Assembly: GCF_000018785.1 (NCBI RefSeq)
Contig: NC_010163.1
Coordinates: forward strand, 450,001 to 482,000
Length of the DNA: 32,000 bases
Direction: 5' to 3'
Source: Acholeplasma laidlawii PG-8A
GTDB lineage: Bacteria; Bacillota_I; Bacilli_A; Acholeplasmatales; Acholeplasmataceae
In this document: in pieces, positions 19,333 through 30,300 of the stretch
Layout: each line of letters begins with the position of its first letter
Position numbering within the stretch: position 1 is the first letter of the stretch
Notes under the pieces: model-generated
Told to the model about the DNA's origin: nothing
The model's database searches: none
Seen by the model: the letters and a program-made list of their open reading frames with translations, nothing else
Program-made: the position numbers and the translations under genes

Positions 19333-20820
19333 TTAAACGCGTTTATATGGTGTATAGCTTTTTTGAGGTTTGGTTTCTGGTTTTAATACAACAAACCCGT
19401 ATGGTTCTAATGTAAAATTCATGAGTCCAGCTAATAGCGTAACAGGTTTTGCTTTACCTAAAACAGTTTTAAAATTAGAATAATTCATTAATCTTGAATC
19501 TTTTAATAAGACAGTTTCAGAAACGTCCTCTTTAGATGGATTTATCGCGATGATACAAGTATCCTCAACTTTATCAGTAATACGCATATAACATAATAAG
19601 TCATCTGCATTTATGGCTATAAAATCACCAATTTTAAGAGATCTTTCTCTTTTATGAAGACTAATTAAAGATTGAGTCCACTTTAGAGTTTCATTTTTAT
19701 CATTAAATAAATCCCAGTTCATCGGTGCTCTATTCATTGGATCGTTTGCACCATCCATGCCAAGTTCAGTACCATAGTATAGATTGGGTGAACCTGGGAG
19801 TGTAAACTGCATCACTTGAGCAAGACGTTGTAGTTCCAGTTTAGGTAGAAGATGCTTTAATCTTGCAACATCGTGATTATCAAGTAAATTCCAAGATTTT
19901 AATATGGGTTCAATACCGGCATCATCAATGGTATCTTTAAGCATATGAATCGCTTTATGAGGTGATAGTTCACCTGATAACAATCTTAAAGTAATCTCTC
20001 TAAATGTAAAATTCATAACGCCGTCAATAGATTTTAACCATTTTTCGGGATAGTTCCAAATCTCACCTACAATCATGACATCAAGTTTATCTTTTCTAGC
20101 ATAATCTCTTAGTTCACTTAAGATATCAAAACCGATATCAAAAGCAACATCTAATCTCCAACCATCAATACCCATTTTAATATATGTTCTAATGACCGAA
20201 TCATCTTGTTTGAAGATATAGTTTTTAACATCTTCATGCTCTAAATTAAGTTCAGGTAAACTTGGGGCATCAGCCCATAATCGAACACCTCTAGGATAGC
20301 TATCATTAAAATCAAAGAAGTGTCTAAAGCCCTCATGTTTAAGTGCTTTTTGAAACATTGGGTTTCCTACACCAACATGGTTAAACACACCATCTAGCAT
20401 GATTTTCATATCATGAGCATGCACATTTTGAATCAGTTTTTTTAAATCCTCTTTTGTACCATATTCTTTAGATATCTCTAAAAAATTAGTTGCATCATAC
20501 TTATGGTTAGAAAGGGATTCAAAAATAGGGTTTAAGTATAATACATCTACACCAAGATGTTTAATATACTCTAAACGTTCATTTAAGCTATTTAAATCTC
20601 CACCCCAAAAATCTAGTTCATGAGACCAATACCTATGTTCTTCTAAGAATGTACCTGGTTTTGGTAAACTATGCCAATCATTTAGCGTTTTAGGATATAG
20701 ATATAACCCTTTTTTAGACTCTAAATGACTTGAAGGATTAAATCTATCCACTAAGACTTGATAAACTAATGCGCCATTTCGCCAATCATTTTCTCTTAAT
20801 TTAAATTTATTATTATTCAT
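19333..20820 (-). CDS. GH13 alpha-amylase/neopullulanase-family glycosidase
   Basis: VYQVLVDRFNP, LGVDVLYLNPIFES, MLDGVFNHVG, GWRLDVAFD, VGEIW, DNHDVARL. The start was moved to MNNNKF (20820) because of its AGGTGAT SD. Confidence 0.93.
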   Translation of the reverse strand: MNNNKFKLRENDWRNGALVYQVLVDRFNPSSHLESKKGLYLYPKTLNDWHSLPKPGTFLEEHRYWSHELDFWGGDLNSLNERLEYIKHLGVDVLYLNPIFESLSNHKYDATNFLEISKEYGTKEDLKKLIQNVHAHDMKIMLDGVFNHVGVGNPMFQKALKHEGFRHFFDFNDSYPRGVRLWADAPSLPELNLEHEDVKNYIFKQDDSVIRTYIKMGIDGWRLDVAFDIGFDILSELRDYARKDKLDVMIVGEIWNYPEKWLKSIDGVMNFTFREITLRLLSGELSPHKAIHMLKDTIDDAGIEPILKSWNLLDNHDVARLKHLLPKLELQRLAQVMQFTLPGSPNLYYGTELGMDGANDPMNRAPMNWDLFNDKNETLKWTQSLISLHKRERSLKIGDFIAINADDLLCYMRITDKVEDTCIIAINPSKEDVSETVLLKDSRLMNYSNFKTVLGKAKPVTLLAGLMNFTLEPYGFVVLKPETKPQKSYTPYKRV

Positions 20821-21011
20821 GATTATCACCTCACTTTTAATTATAGACGAAATAAATTTAGTTTCTAGTAAAATCGTAAACATTCAATATACAAGCGGTT
20901 ACGTAATAGAAAAATAGATCAATATCATCAATCTTTATAAGTTTTTATAATATTGGACACTTGTATTAAGAAGCTTTGATATAATGAACTTATAAAGGGA
21001 GGATTAGGCTC

Positions 21012-22472
21012 ATGAAAAAAATAATAACTATAATATTTTTGTCTAGTTTATTAGTTGTTTTAGTTGCTTGTAGTGGTAACTATAATGGGGGTTACCTTCA
21101 AGATGAGAACTATAATTATATTTTTAATGATGATGAACATCAAGAAATAATAGAAAATCCATTTATTGATGTTTCTGTGAATAATAAATCTAACATATCC
21201 TTAAGTGCAAACACTGCATCTTATTCGTTTATCAGATCTCAAATTAATAGCGGACGCGCAGTAGATCGTAATGCCGTACGCATTGAAGAAATGGTCAATT
21301 TCTTCAATTATAACTATAATCAACCTGAAACAGATAAAACATTTGGGTTTAAATCTGAACTTATCCAAACACCATGGAATAATGAAACCCATTTACTATT
21401 AATAGGTTTAGAAACTAAACAGGTTGATTTAGGTGATATACCATCCAATATTGTTATTTTACTGGATGTATCTGGTTCTATGAGTGCTACAAACAAACTT
21501 TCACTAGCTAAAAAAGCAATGGAGTTATTAATCGAACAAATGAAACCTAATGATGTGATATCACTTGTTACCTATTCATCTGGTGAAAAGGTGGTTTTTA
21601 AGGGTAAAAGTATAGATGATATGGCCTATATGACAAGTCAAATCAGACTCTTAAAAGCAAGTGGTTCAACCGCTGGTAAAAAGGGACTTGATATGGCCTA
21701 TAAGGTGGCAGAAGAATACTTCATTGAAGGTGGAAACAACCGCATTATTTTAGCAACAGATGGTGATTTTAACGTAGGTATTTCCAGTACAGATATGCTT
21801 ATTGAATATATTTCTGAGAAAAGAGAAAGTGGCATTTACTTTTCTGCATATGGTTTTGGTTATGGTAACTTTAAAGATGAGAAGTTAGAACGCGTAGCTA
21901 AGGCTGGTAATGGGACATATCACTATATTGATGACATCATATCAGCTAGAAAGGCTTTTGTGGATAACATAGATGGTGTTTTATATACCGTTGCACGTGA
22001 TGCAAAGGCTCAAATTGTATTTGATGCATCTGCAGTATTAGAGTATCGTTTGATTGGTTATGAGAATAGACAATTAACAGATGATGAGTTTGATGATGGT
22101 ACAACCGATGCTGGTGAAATTGGTACAGGTCTTCAAGTGACTGCAATTTATGAATTAAAACTCAATGAAGGTGCTAGTGATGTTGGATCATTAACGATTC
22201 GTTATAAAAACCATGACATTACGGATGATACCCAACTTGAAGAAGCATTTACTGTTTTAAATGCAATTAATGAAAACCCAAGTGTCGATGCAAAATTCAT
22301 TAGTAGTGTCGTAGAATTTGGTCTTATTTTAATGGATTCTAAATATAAAGTGGATGCGGATCTTGGTGCAGTATTAGAACGTATTGAAACAGAAACTTAT
22401 AATCTAGAAGATTATTACAGAAATGATTTTATAGATGTATTAAACACCTATAAAGATATGACAACTTCTTAA
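21012..22472 (+). CDS. von Willebrand factor type A domain lipoprotein (YfbK-like)
   Basis: Lipobox LVVLVACSG; VILLDVSGSMSATNKLSLAKKAM (MIDAS); ILATDGDFNVG; C-terminal LGLILMDSKYK. Confidence 0.9.
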   Translation: MKKIITIIFLSSLLVVLVACSGNYNGGYLQDENYNYIFNDDEHQEIIENPFIDVSVNNKSNISLSANTASYSFIRSQINSGRAVDRNAVRIEEMVNFFNYNYNQPETDKTFGFKSELIQTPWNNETHLLLIGLETKQVDLGDIPSNIVILLDVSGSMSATNKLSLAKKAMELLIEQMKPNDVISLVTYSSGEKVVFKGKSIDDMAYMTSQIRLLKASGSTAGKKGLDMAYKVAEEYFIEGGNNRIILATDGDFNVGISSTDMLIEYISEKRESGIYFSAYGFGYGNFKDEKLERVAKAGNGTYHYIDDIISARKAFVDNIDGVLYTVARDAKAQIVFDASAVLEYRLIGYENRQLTDDEFDDGTTDAGEIGTGLQVTAIYELKLNEGASDVGSLTIRYKNHDITDDTQLEEAFTVLNAINENPSVDAKFISSVVEFGLILMDSKYKVDADLGAVLERIETETYNLEDYYRNDFIDVLNTYKDMTTS

Positions 22473-22485
22473 ACAAATATTCATA

Positions 22486-22526
22486 AAGGTGCCTAATTAT
22501 AGGTTTATAATCGGGCACCTTTTTAT
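22486..22526 (+). terminator. Rho-independent terminator
   Basis: AAAGGTGCC ... GGGCACCTTTTT. Confidence 0.85.
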
Positions 22527-22597
22527 TATAAGTAGGTTACATCATAACTCGTGATATAATCAAAATAGATTATGAACATGCTAAAGGGATAAAGTAT

Positions 22598-23713
22598 ATG
22601 ATCATTAAAGAAGTTATAACCAAGAAGGAAGCTAAGTTATTTACCAACTTTCCTAATAAACTTTTCAAACATATAGGGGCTTATGTACCTGCTTTAAGTT
22701 TTGATGAGTTGAATGTCTTTGATAAGAATAAGAACCCTGCACATATGTACTGTGAAAGTGTAAGGTTTTTAGCCATTAAAGATGATAAAATCGTTGGACG
22801 TATTGCAGGTATTATTAATCATAAATATAACGAATCATTTGATACTAAAATAGTTAGATTTACCAGAATTGATATGATCGATGATATTGAGGTTACAACA
22901 AAACTCATAGATAGTGTGATAGGTTGGGGTAAATCTAAGGGTATGACAGAAATTATTGGTCCGATTGGTTTTACCGATATGGATCGTATGGGTATGCTTG
23001 TTGAAGGATTTGAGTACTTAAACATGTTTATCACCATTTGGAATCCACCGTACTATAAAGAACACTTAGAAACTTTGGGATTTGTAAAAGATGTAGACTG
23101 GATTGAATCCGTCATACCATGGCCAAGTGTGGTGCCTGAAAAAGTGACTAGAGGGGCACATATTACAAGACGCAGATTTGGTTATGAGTTAGTAAAATAT
23201 AAAAGAAAAAAAGATATTTTACAACATATCTATGAAGCATTTGATGTATATAACAGAGCCTTTCATGACTTATATGGATTCTTTCCAGTAACTAAAGAAG
23301 TGATGGATTATTATATTAAACAAATGATTAGTTTAGTGAAACTAGATTTTGTATGGTTTGTTTTTGATAAACATAAGAAAGTGATTGGTTTTGGTTTAAT
23401 GATGCCAAGCTTAGCGCTTGCGAATAAAAAATCAAATGGTAGACTTTTACCGTTTGGTTTGTTTAGATTATTACGTGCTTTAAAAAGATTTAAAACCATC
23501 GATTTTTACTTTATTGCCGTGGATCCAAATCACCAGGGTACAGGCGTATTATCGATGATCATGGAAGATGGTATCAAACAAGGTATTAAGTATGGCGTAC
23601 TACAAGCTTTAACCGGTCCTGAACTAGAACTGAATGTAAAAATACAGACACAGTGGAAGGATTTTAATCCATCAAATTATAAACGTCGTCGCTGTTATAA
23701 AAAAAATATTTAA
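22598..23713 (+). CDS. GNAT-like N-acetyltransferase-fold protein (YghO-like)
   Basis: RFLAIKDDKIVGRIAGIIN, GPIGFTDMDRMGMLVEGFEY, FYFIAVDPNHQGTGVLSMIMEDGIKQG. Confidence 0.7.
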   Translation: MIIKEVITKKEAKLFTNFPNKLFKHIGAYVPALSFDELNVFDKNKNPAHMYCESVRFLAIKDDKIVGRIAGIINHKYNESFDTKIVRFTRIDMIDDIEVTTKLIDSVIGWGKSKGMTEIIGPIGFTDMDRMGMLVEGFEYLNMFITIWNPPYYKEHLETLGFVKDVDWIESVIPWPSVVPEKVTRGAHITRRRFGYELVKYKRKKDILQHIYEAFDVYNRAFHDLYGFFPVTKEVMDYYIKQMISLVKLDFVWFVFDKHKKVIGFGLMMPSLALANKKSNGRLLPFGLFRLLRALKRFKTIDFYFIAVDPNHQGTGVLSMIMEDGIKQGIKYGVLQALTGPELELNVKIQTQWKDFNPSNYKRRRCYKKNI

Positions 23714-23810
23714 ACGTAAGACTTATTAGAGATATTTTATAAATTGTTGTGATACAATGACTTATCAAATTAAATCAACTTTGTTTTAGTACGGGAGAGG
23801 TACTAGTAAA

Positions 23811-24977
23811 ATGAATGTAGAAAATCTTTTTAGTATCATGATAGTTGTTTTCGCTGCAATTATAGCTTTATCACTAGCTGTAACACACCGTTATGTGAAA
23901 ACAATTTATCGGGGCATAAATTTTTTAGCCATGGGTGTAGTGGGGCATATTATCGGATTTATAATTTATATTGGTCTTTATATACAGACTGATTGGATCA
24001 AATACTTTATTGGAAATGGTATCTTTTTATCAGGTACTTTTTTGCTGCATAAAGGTTTAAACCAGTTTATGGAACGAGAAGTGAGTTACAAAAGAGCATA
24101 TAGTATCTTAAGCATTGGCGTTATTCTTGGTATCTTATTTTTCTTTTTTGAACCTAATTTAGTGTATCGTCAAAACTTAATCTCGTTTTTAATTATTTAC
24201 CTTGTGGTAGAGATATTAAATAGTGTCATTAAATCTACCGATAAAATAAAAGCTACCCTAAAGTTTCCAATCTATGTATTTTGTACACTATTTCTACTAC
24301 TTATGATGGCACGCTTTATCGCAGTGAATAATCATATAATATTAGAATTGATTCCAGGCCAAGACTTTACTTATAATTTTTTATCAAATATTATTGGTGG
24401 TATCTTATTTGTAGTATTAGGTTTTATGATTTCTGTAATTATTAATATTAGAGCAATAACCGATTTGAAAATAGAACGTGCCCTAATGGAAAAAATCTCA
24501 GTAACAGATCACTTAACTGGTTTACCAAACCGTTTAGCTTTAGAAAAGTATGTATCTAAAATAGAACATAATGGTCAACCTTATGCAGTCATCATTGCAG
24601 ACATTGATGAATTTAAGAAAATAAATGATACCTATGGTCATATGATTGGTGATAAAGTAATTGTAGAATTTTCTAAAGCGTTACTTAATTTAAATGATGA
24701 TCGTATGTTTACAGCAAGATATGGCGGTGATGAATTTGTCACAATTGTTAAACGCTTTGAATCAGTAGACACATTAAAGAGTAATATTGCTAAGACAATT
24801 AGTACGATAGGCACACAAATTAAAGTCAATGAGCATCATTTTAATTTAACCCTCTCAGTTGGTGTTGCAATCTATCCTCATCATGGTACTGAAATTTATG
24901 AACTTATTCATAAAGCAGATGCAGCTTTAGGGGATATTAAAACAAGTGGTAAAAACAGTATAAGGTTTTATGTATAA
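23811..24977 (+). CDS. Membrane-anchored diguanylate cyclase (GGDEF domain)
   Basis: Multi-TM N-terminus, DHLTGLPNRLALEKY, IADIDEFKKINDTYGHMIGDKV, ARYGGDEFVTIV, ADAALGDIKTSGKNS. Confidence 0.93.
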   Translation: MNVENLFSIMIVVFAAIIALSLAVTHRYVKTIYRGINFLAMGVVGHIIGFIIYIGLYIQTDWIKYFIGNGIFLSGTFLLHKGLNQFMEREVSYKRAYSILSIGVILGILFFFFEPNLVYRQNLISFLIIYLVVEILNSVIKSTDKIKATLKFPIYVFCTLFLLLMMARFIAVNNHIILELIPGQDFTYNFLSNIIGGILFVVLGFMISVIINIRAITDLKIERALMEKISVTDHLTGLPNRLALEKYVSKIEHNGQPYAVIIADIDEFKKINDTYGHMIGDKVIVEFSKALLNLNDDRMFTARYGGDEFVTIVKRFESVDTLKSNIAKTISTIGTQIKVNEHHFNLTLSVGVAIYPHHGTEIYELIHKADAALGDIKTSGKNSIRFYV

Positions 24978-25015
24978 AAAAGGACCATCTTTCATTCGAA
25001 AGGTGATCCTTTTTG
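24977..25015. terminator. Bidirectional terminator between convergent genes
   Basis: AAAAAGGACCATCTTTC-attc-GAAAGGTGATCCTTTTT. Confidence 0.85.
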
Positions 25016-25017
25016 TT

Positions 25018-26892
25018 TTATTTTTTAGCTAACATGCGTAAACCATTTAAGATAACTAATATGGTAGAACCTTCATGGGCTACAACGCCAAATGGAAGAT
25101 TGACTAATCCAAAGATATTAAATGAAAGTAATGTAAGTATAACAAGCAATGAGAATATCATATTTTGATAGATGATAGATTGATTAGCTTTTGAGATTCT
25201 AAAGATCTTATCAATGTTTTCAATTTTATTATTCATGAAGATGATATCCGCAGTTTCAAGTGACACATCAGATCCACTTCCCATAGAGGCACCAATGTCT
25301 GCAATGGCTAGTGCTGGTGCATCATTTACACCGTCTCCAACCATCATGACTTTACCATATTGTTTTTGAAGTTCGATAATGTGTGCACTCTTTTCATGTG
25401 GTAATGCATCTGAAATAATAACATCAATACCCGCTTTTTGCGCAATCGCGTGAGCTGTTGCATTGTTATCACCTGTAAGAAGAATAGGTATGATGTTTTC
25501 TTTTTTAAGTTTCATGACCATTTCTTTAACGTTTGGTCTTAATTTATCAATGAGTGAAATATAACCAATTAAATGATCATTCAAGATAATTTGAACAATA
25601 GAGTTACCGTTGGATTGGCTTTCTACCATTTTTGGAGTCACTACATCAGATTTATTATGTTCAAACTTTCCAATTTTATATTCATCTTTACCTAATTTAA
25701 GTGACATACCTTTTCCAGGTATTTCTGTTACTGGATTTGGTTTATAGGTTGTTGAATCTTCTAAAAAAGTAGTAATTGCACTTGCTAGCGCATGATTAGA
25801 TAGTTTTTCTACTGAGTAGACAATATCAAGAATATCTTGTTTATTATAATTAGGATCGACAAATACATCAACAACTGCAGGTTTACCTTCTGTGATTGTA
25901 CCAGTCTTATCAAATACCACAACTTTGATGCGACTTAAGTCTTCTAAGTATTTACCACCTTTAATTAATACTCTACCTCTTGCAGCATTAGATAAAGTAG
26001 ATAACATTGTAGGTGCAACACTTGCCATAAGTGCACATGGAGAACCAACAACTAACACAACCGTACCACGGTAGAATGCTTGATCCCAAGTCCATGTGTT
26101 AGTTAGTGGTGGAATCAGCATGAAACCTATCGCAAGAAGTATTACAAAATACACATACCATTTTTCGATTTTTTCAATACGTGTTTGTGTATGACCTTGA
26201 TTATCTTGTGCATCGCGAACAAGTTTAATAATTTTATTGACAACGAACTCTTCTGGTCGTGTTGTAATCTTAACTAAAATCGCTGAGTTTAGATTATATG
26301 TACCTGCAAATACCTCTTCATTTTCACCTTTATTTACTGGCATAGATTCACCAGTAATTGCAGCTTGGTTAATTGCGGTTGAACCTTTAAAGATAAGACC
26401 ATCAACTGGAATTGCATCCCCAACCTTTACAATAACAATGTCTCCAAGTTTAAGATCATTAATTGCTACAACCGTCTCTACACCATCTTGGTAAAGGGTT
26501 GCTCTTTCAGGCGAAAGATTTAATAAAGAAGTTAATTCTTTTTGTGATTTATTATGTGCAAATGTTTCCATTAAACCAGAAATTGCAAATATCATAATAA
26601 GTAATGCGGCTTCAAGTGGATTACCAATGATAAATGCTGACACAGCTGCAATAATCATCAAGATTTCTACGTTTAATGCCTTGTTAGCAATAGTTTCTTC
26701 AACACCTTCTTTAGCTTTGAAGAATCCACCTAATACAAAGGACAATGCGTATAACACGACAAGTGGTGTTGGAACAATGTCACCAGTATTTGGCATCACT
26801 GTAAAGTTTAATATGACGGCTACTACTAAGAGTAGAACCGATGTGACAACGAACATAAGTTCGATATTTAATCTAGTAAATATTTTTTTCAT
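25018..26892 (-). CDS. P1B-type metal-transporting ATPase, P1B-4-like (PfeT/CoaT-like)
   Basis: DKTGTITEGKP, VVGSPCALMASVAPTMLSTLSNAARGRVLIKGG (SPC rather than CPC), HALASAI, MMVGDGVNDAPALAIADIG, C-terminal HEGSTILVILNGLRML typical of P1B-4. The start was moved to MKKIFTRL (26892), which has an AGG-type SD. Confidence 0.9.
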   Translation of the reverse strand: MKKIFTRLNIELMFVVTSVLLLVVAVILNFTVMPNTGDIVPTPLVVLYALSFVLGGFFKAKEGVEETIANKALNVEILMIIAAVSAFIIGNPLEAALLIMIFAISGLMETFAHNKSQKELTSLLNLSPERATLYQDGVETVVAINDLKLGDIVIVKVGDAIPVDGLIFKGSTAINQAAITGESMPVNKGENEEVFAGTYNLNSAILVKITTRPEEFVVNKIIKLVRDAQDNQGHTQTRIEKIEKWYVYFVILLAIGFMLIPPLTNTWTWDQAFYRGTVVLVVGSPCALMASVAPTMLSTLSNAARGRVLIKGGKYLEDLSRIKVVVFDKTGTITEGKPAVVDVFVDPNYNKQDILDIVYSVEKLSNHALASAITTFLEDSTTYKPNPVTEIPGKGMSLKLGKDEYKIGKFEHNKSDVVTPKMVESQSNGNSIVQIILNDHLIGYISLIDKLRPNVKEMVMKLKKENIIPILLTGDNNATAHAIAQKAGIDVIISDALPHEKSAHIIELQKQYGKVMMVGDGVNDAPALAIADIGASMGSGSDVSLETADIIFMNNKIENIDKIFRISKANQSIIYQNMIFSLLVILTLLSFNIFGLVNLPFGVVAHEGSTILVILNGLRMLAKK

Positions 26893-26969
26893 ATAGACCT
26901 CGTTTCTTAGTAATAATCTACCACCAATATTATAAATAGTCAACTTATTTATAAAAATAATTACCTTAT

Positions 26970-26984
26970 TTATAATAATTATAA
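26970..26984. promoter_or_regulatory. PerR/Fur-type box TTATAATAATTATAA upstream of the metal ATPase
   Basis: Exact match to the 7-1-7 PerR consensus TTATAATNATTATAA. Confidence 0.6.
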
Positions 26985-27126
26985 TGAGCAAGTGTTCTAT
27001 TTAAAATAATTATAAATTGGTAATTTTTACTTATAAAAAGTATAATTAAGAAACTCAAAAAAGGGATGGAAATATTTGATTATCGCTTAGGCATATGATA
27101 CAATACTATTGCGTCAAAATTTCAAC

Positions 27127-27201
27127 GCACAATTAGCTCAGCGGGAGAGCACCTGCTTGACGTGCAGGGGGTCACAAGTTCAATCCTTGTATTGTGCACC
27201 A
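27127..27201 (+). tRNA. tRNA-Val(GAC), 75 nt including CCA
   Basis: GCACAAT/ATTGTGC acceptor stem, GCTC-AGCGGGA-GAGC D-arm, CCTGC-TTGACGT-GCAGG anticodon arm, ACAAG-TTCAATC-CTTGT T-arm, ACCA. Confidence 0.96.
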
Positions 27202-27215
27202 TGTTAACATTGATT

Positions 27216-27243
27216 AGAGATTCTTCTGCGAGAGTCTCTTTTT
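27216..27243 (+). terminator. Rho-independent terminator after tRNA-Val
   Basis: AGAGATTC ... GAGTCTCT (one G-T pair) followed by a T run. Confidence 0.75.
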
Positions 27244-27340
27244 TTAATCCTAAAACATTAATTAACAAAAAACTATATAAAAGATATATAATAAAGGTGA
27301 TTTATCGGTTACCTAATTTATATTAAGGGGAGGACTTCAT

Positions 27341-30300
27341 ATGGAAGGTTTTGATGTAAGTCTAGTTCCAACTATTTTCTTGGCATTTCAAGGCATTGTG
27401 ATTGGACTATTTGTTTTGGTACACATATTTCTAGGTAGAAAAAGAGGTGTTGTTAAAACGTTCCTGGTTTTTTATTGGTGAAATTATTTTAGTATTTGTT
27501 TTACTTTGGGGATTAGGATTATTCCAAACAAACGATTGGGTAACAGAAGCAATGGTACGTCAGTACATCTCCTTGATACCTTTTGGTAATGAACAACTTG
27601 TTGAATACATGGATGAGATTGTAGCTAGTGGTATGTTACCTCTTGTTTTAGCAATTGTCGATTTAAGTATTAAAATGAGTATCTTCATTGTCTTTTATAC
27701 AATCCTAAGAGCTATATTTAAGTGGATCTTGTTTGGTATACCTTGGTTAATATTTATTAAACCGATTGTTAAGGATAAAGAAAAGAATAAATTTTTAGGC
27801 GGTATCGTAGGTATTTTTAGAGGTGCCTTTGCTGGATTTTTCTTAATCTTTCCTGTCTTAATCATCATTAATACAGTAGTTGGTGAGGGTGTTGAGTTAG
27901 ATAATCCCGAATACAATGATATTGCCCAAGCAGTATCACAAGCAAATCAATATAACTTTGTTAAATATATTAATGATGCGACTAAAGTTAATGATGTTGG
28001 TCTAGCAGATTTCATGTTTGACCTAGCCTTTAAATCTAAAGTCAATGATGACGAAATGATTGTTTGGCGTGTCGAATTAAAATGGATTGCTGAAGCAGGT
28101 AAAGTAGCACTACCTTATATATTAGATGAAAATTCGGAAATGGAAATCACTTTAGCTGAAATCACTAAATTCGAAGGTGCTTTTACCGCGTTTTCTAATT
28201 CTCAACTCTTAAACTCAAGTGTCAAACCAATGATGAAATTTGCTATCCTTGTTGCATCAGAACAAGAAGGATTTGATTTCTTATCAGAAACAGAAATTGC
28301 TGATTTGATTACACAAATCGATGGTGTAGATATTGATTTATCAAACGATGTCAATGAAGTATATCTTGCAGCTAAAGAATTATTAACCATACAAGATTAT
28401 GCACAATGGCAAGCATCGCTTGAAAATATCGGTTTAATCGCAAACTTTGATAGCGATGATCAAGACTTATTTATAAGTGCATTAAATAGATTAGTTACCC
28501 TTGATTTACTTAAACTAGCAGATCCTGTTTTATCTGTAGGTATGTATGATCAATCTATCGTTGATCAAATTACTTGGTTAGAAACCAATGAAGAAAAAGT
28601 AGAACTACTGAATAGCGTTCGTGCAAAATTAAATGCTTATGAAGGTGAATTTGTCTCAACAACTTTAAACGAACTTGTTGGATTATTTGAGACAACATTC
28701 TACAGTTTCCCAGGTATTGATCTTGATGGTGATGGTACAACGGATGTTGAACTATCTGAATTAATAGAAAACATGGAAGACTTAAGTATTATATTGAATA
28801 AAGATCCACAATATCATACTTGGTTTAAAGAAGTATTAGATGGTGTTGGTTCATTATCTGTGATTGACGTATTTATGGAACCACTCATGGGTATTGCTTA
28901 CAGTCAAATAGCTGGTCAAGATGAAATGTTTGATGAAACAGAATTAGCATTATTAAAAGATATTATAGAAACTAACTTTAGCGATAGTGATGACTTAGCA
29001 AGAGAACTAACTTGGATTGCTGATGTTTATTATGCAATTGGTAGTTTAGAAGTAGGCGAATTATTAAAAGCTGGTGAAACACCAATTGTCATTATGGACA
29101 CATTACTTGTTGATAATGATGGTCAACTGCTATTTAAAGAAATGGTAGATACCTTCTTAGAAGGTCAAACAATTAGTGCTTTAACAAATCAAATGAGTAG
29201 TGCACTTATTAGAAAATATGTCACTGAACCAGTGACATTAGCTGAACCACTCAACCGTGCAGCAGCAATTTCTTCATTTAATTTTAATACTGAAATTAAT
29301 GTACTACTAGATGTCTTATTCGGTCTATATGATGAAGGTATGACACTTGAAGCAGCAATGAGTACAGAAGAAGACTCTAATATGCTAGAAACATTATTAC
29401 CTTCCATCATTACTTATATTAGAGATGAAGCACAAAAAACTAAGTTATTATCATCTAACATCCTATATTCATTCTTAGATTATAACTTATCAAGTATCCC
29501 AATGCTTGAAATGCCTGAAGTGATTTATGAAACAGAAGGTATGTATGAAGGTTGGATTAAAAAGACAGAATTATCTAACCTGTTATCTGTTATCGATGGT
29601 TTATTAACTGAAATGGAATCTCATGATATGGGCATCCAAGATCTCTTGGGTGGTATGGAATCTATGAATGATTTCTTCCCTGTGATTAAAGGCTATGCAA
29701 GTAGTGAAGAAAATAGAGATACACTCTTATCATCTGATATCATTTATAAGACAATAGATGACTTGATTCAAGGTATTGATTTAATTACAATCCCAGAAAA
29801 TGCAGTTGTTACTGATGTCAACTCACCATATTTTGAATGGACAGATCGTATTGAACTTAAAAAGATATTAGAAGCAATTGTAATTATGAATGTCGATGTA
29901 CCTCAAGAAGGCGAGCAAATGAACTTAGATGCTATTACAGGTGAACAGATTAATGATGTAATCCTTGTAGAATCTAAAGTCATGACAAGACTACTTACAA
30001 CCTATATTAAAGATGCAAATATATTTGATATCCCTGAAGTAGCTTATGAAACAAATGAAGCACTAGACCTTAAACAAACAGAACTTGAAGCGTTAGGTAA
30101 TTTATTGGTTGATTTAAACCTTACATTAGGGGACTTAATTGGTGGTGGCGCTGGTAACTTACTAGATAGTTATTATGTAAGTGACCTAACAAGCTTAGAT
30201 TATAGTCAATCCTATCTAATTAAAGGATTTATTACCCACGGTATTAAAACCGGTATTGGCACACCGCATACACTTGCACTTGATACAACATACCCAGAAG

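Noticed and set aside
19334-19345. Perfect palindrome TAAACGCGTTTA resembling a LacI/CcpA-type operator
   Set aside because: It lies inside the last codons of the amylase gene (YKRV-stop), not in a promoter, so it is more likely a coding coincidence.
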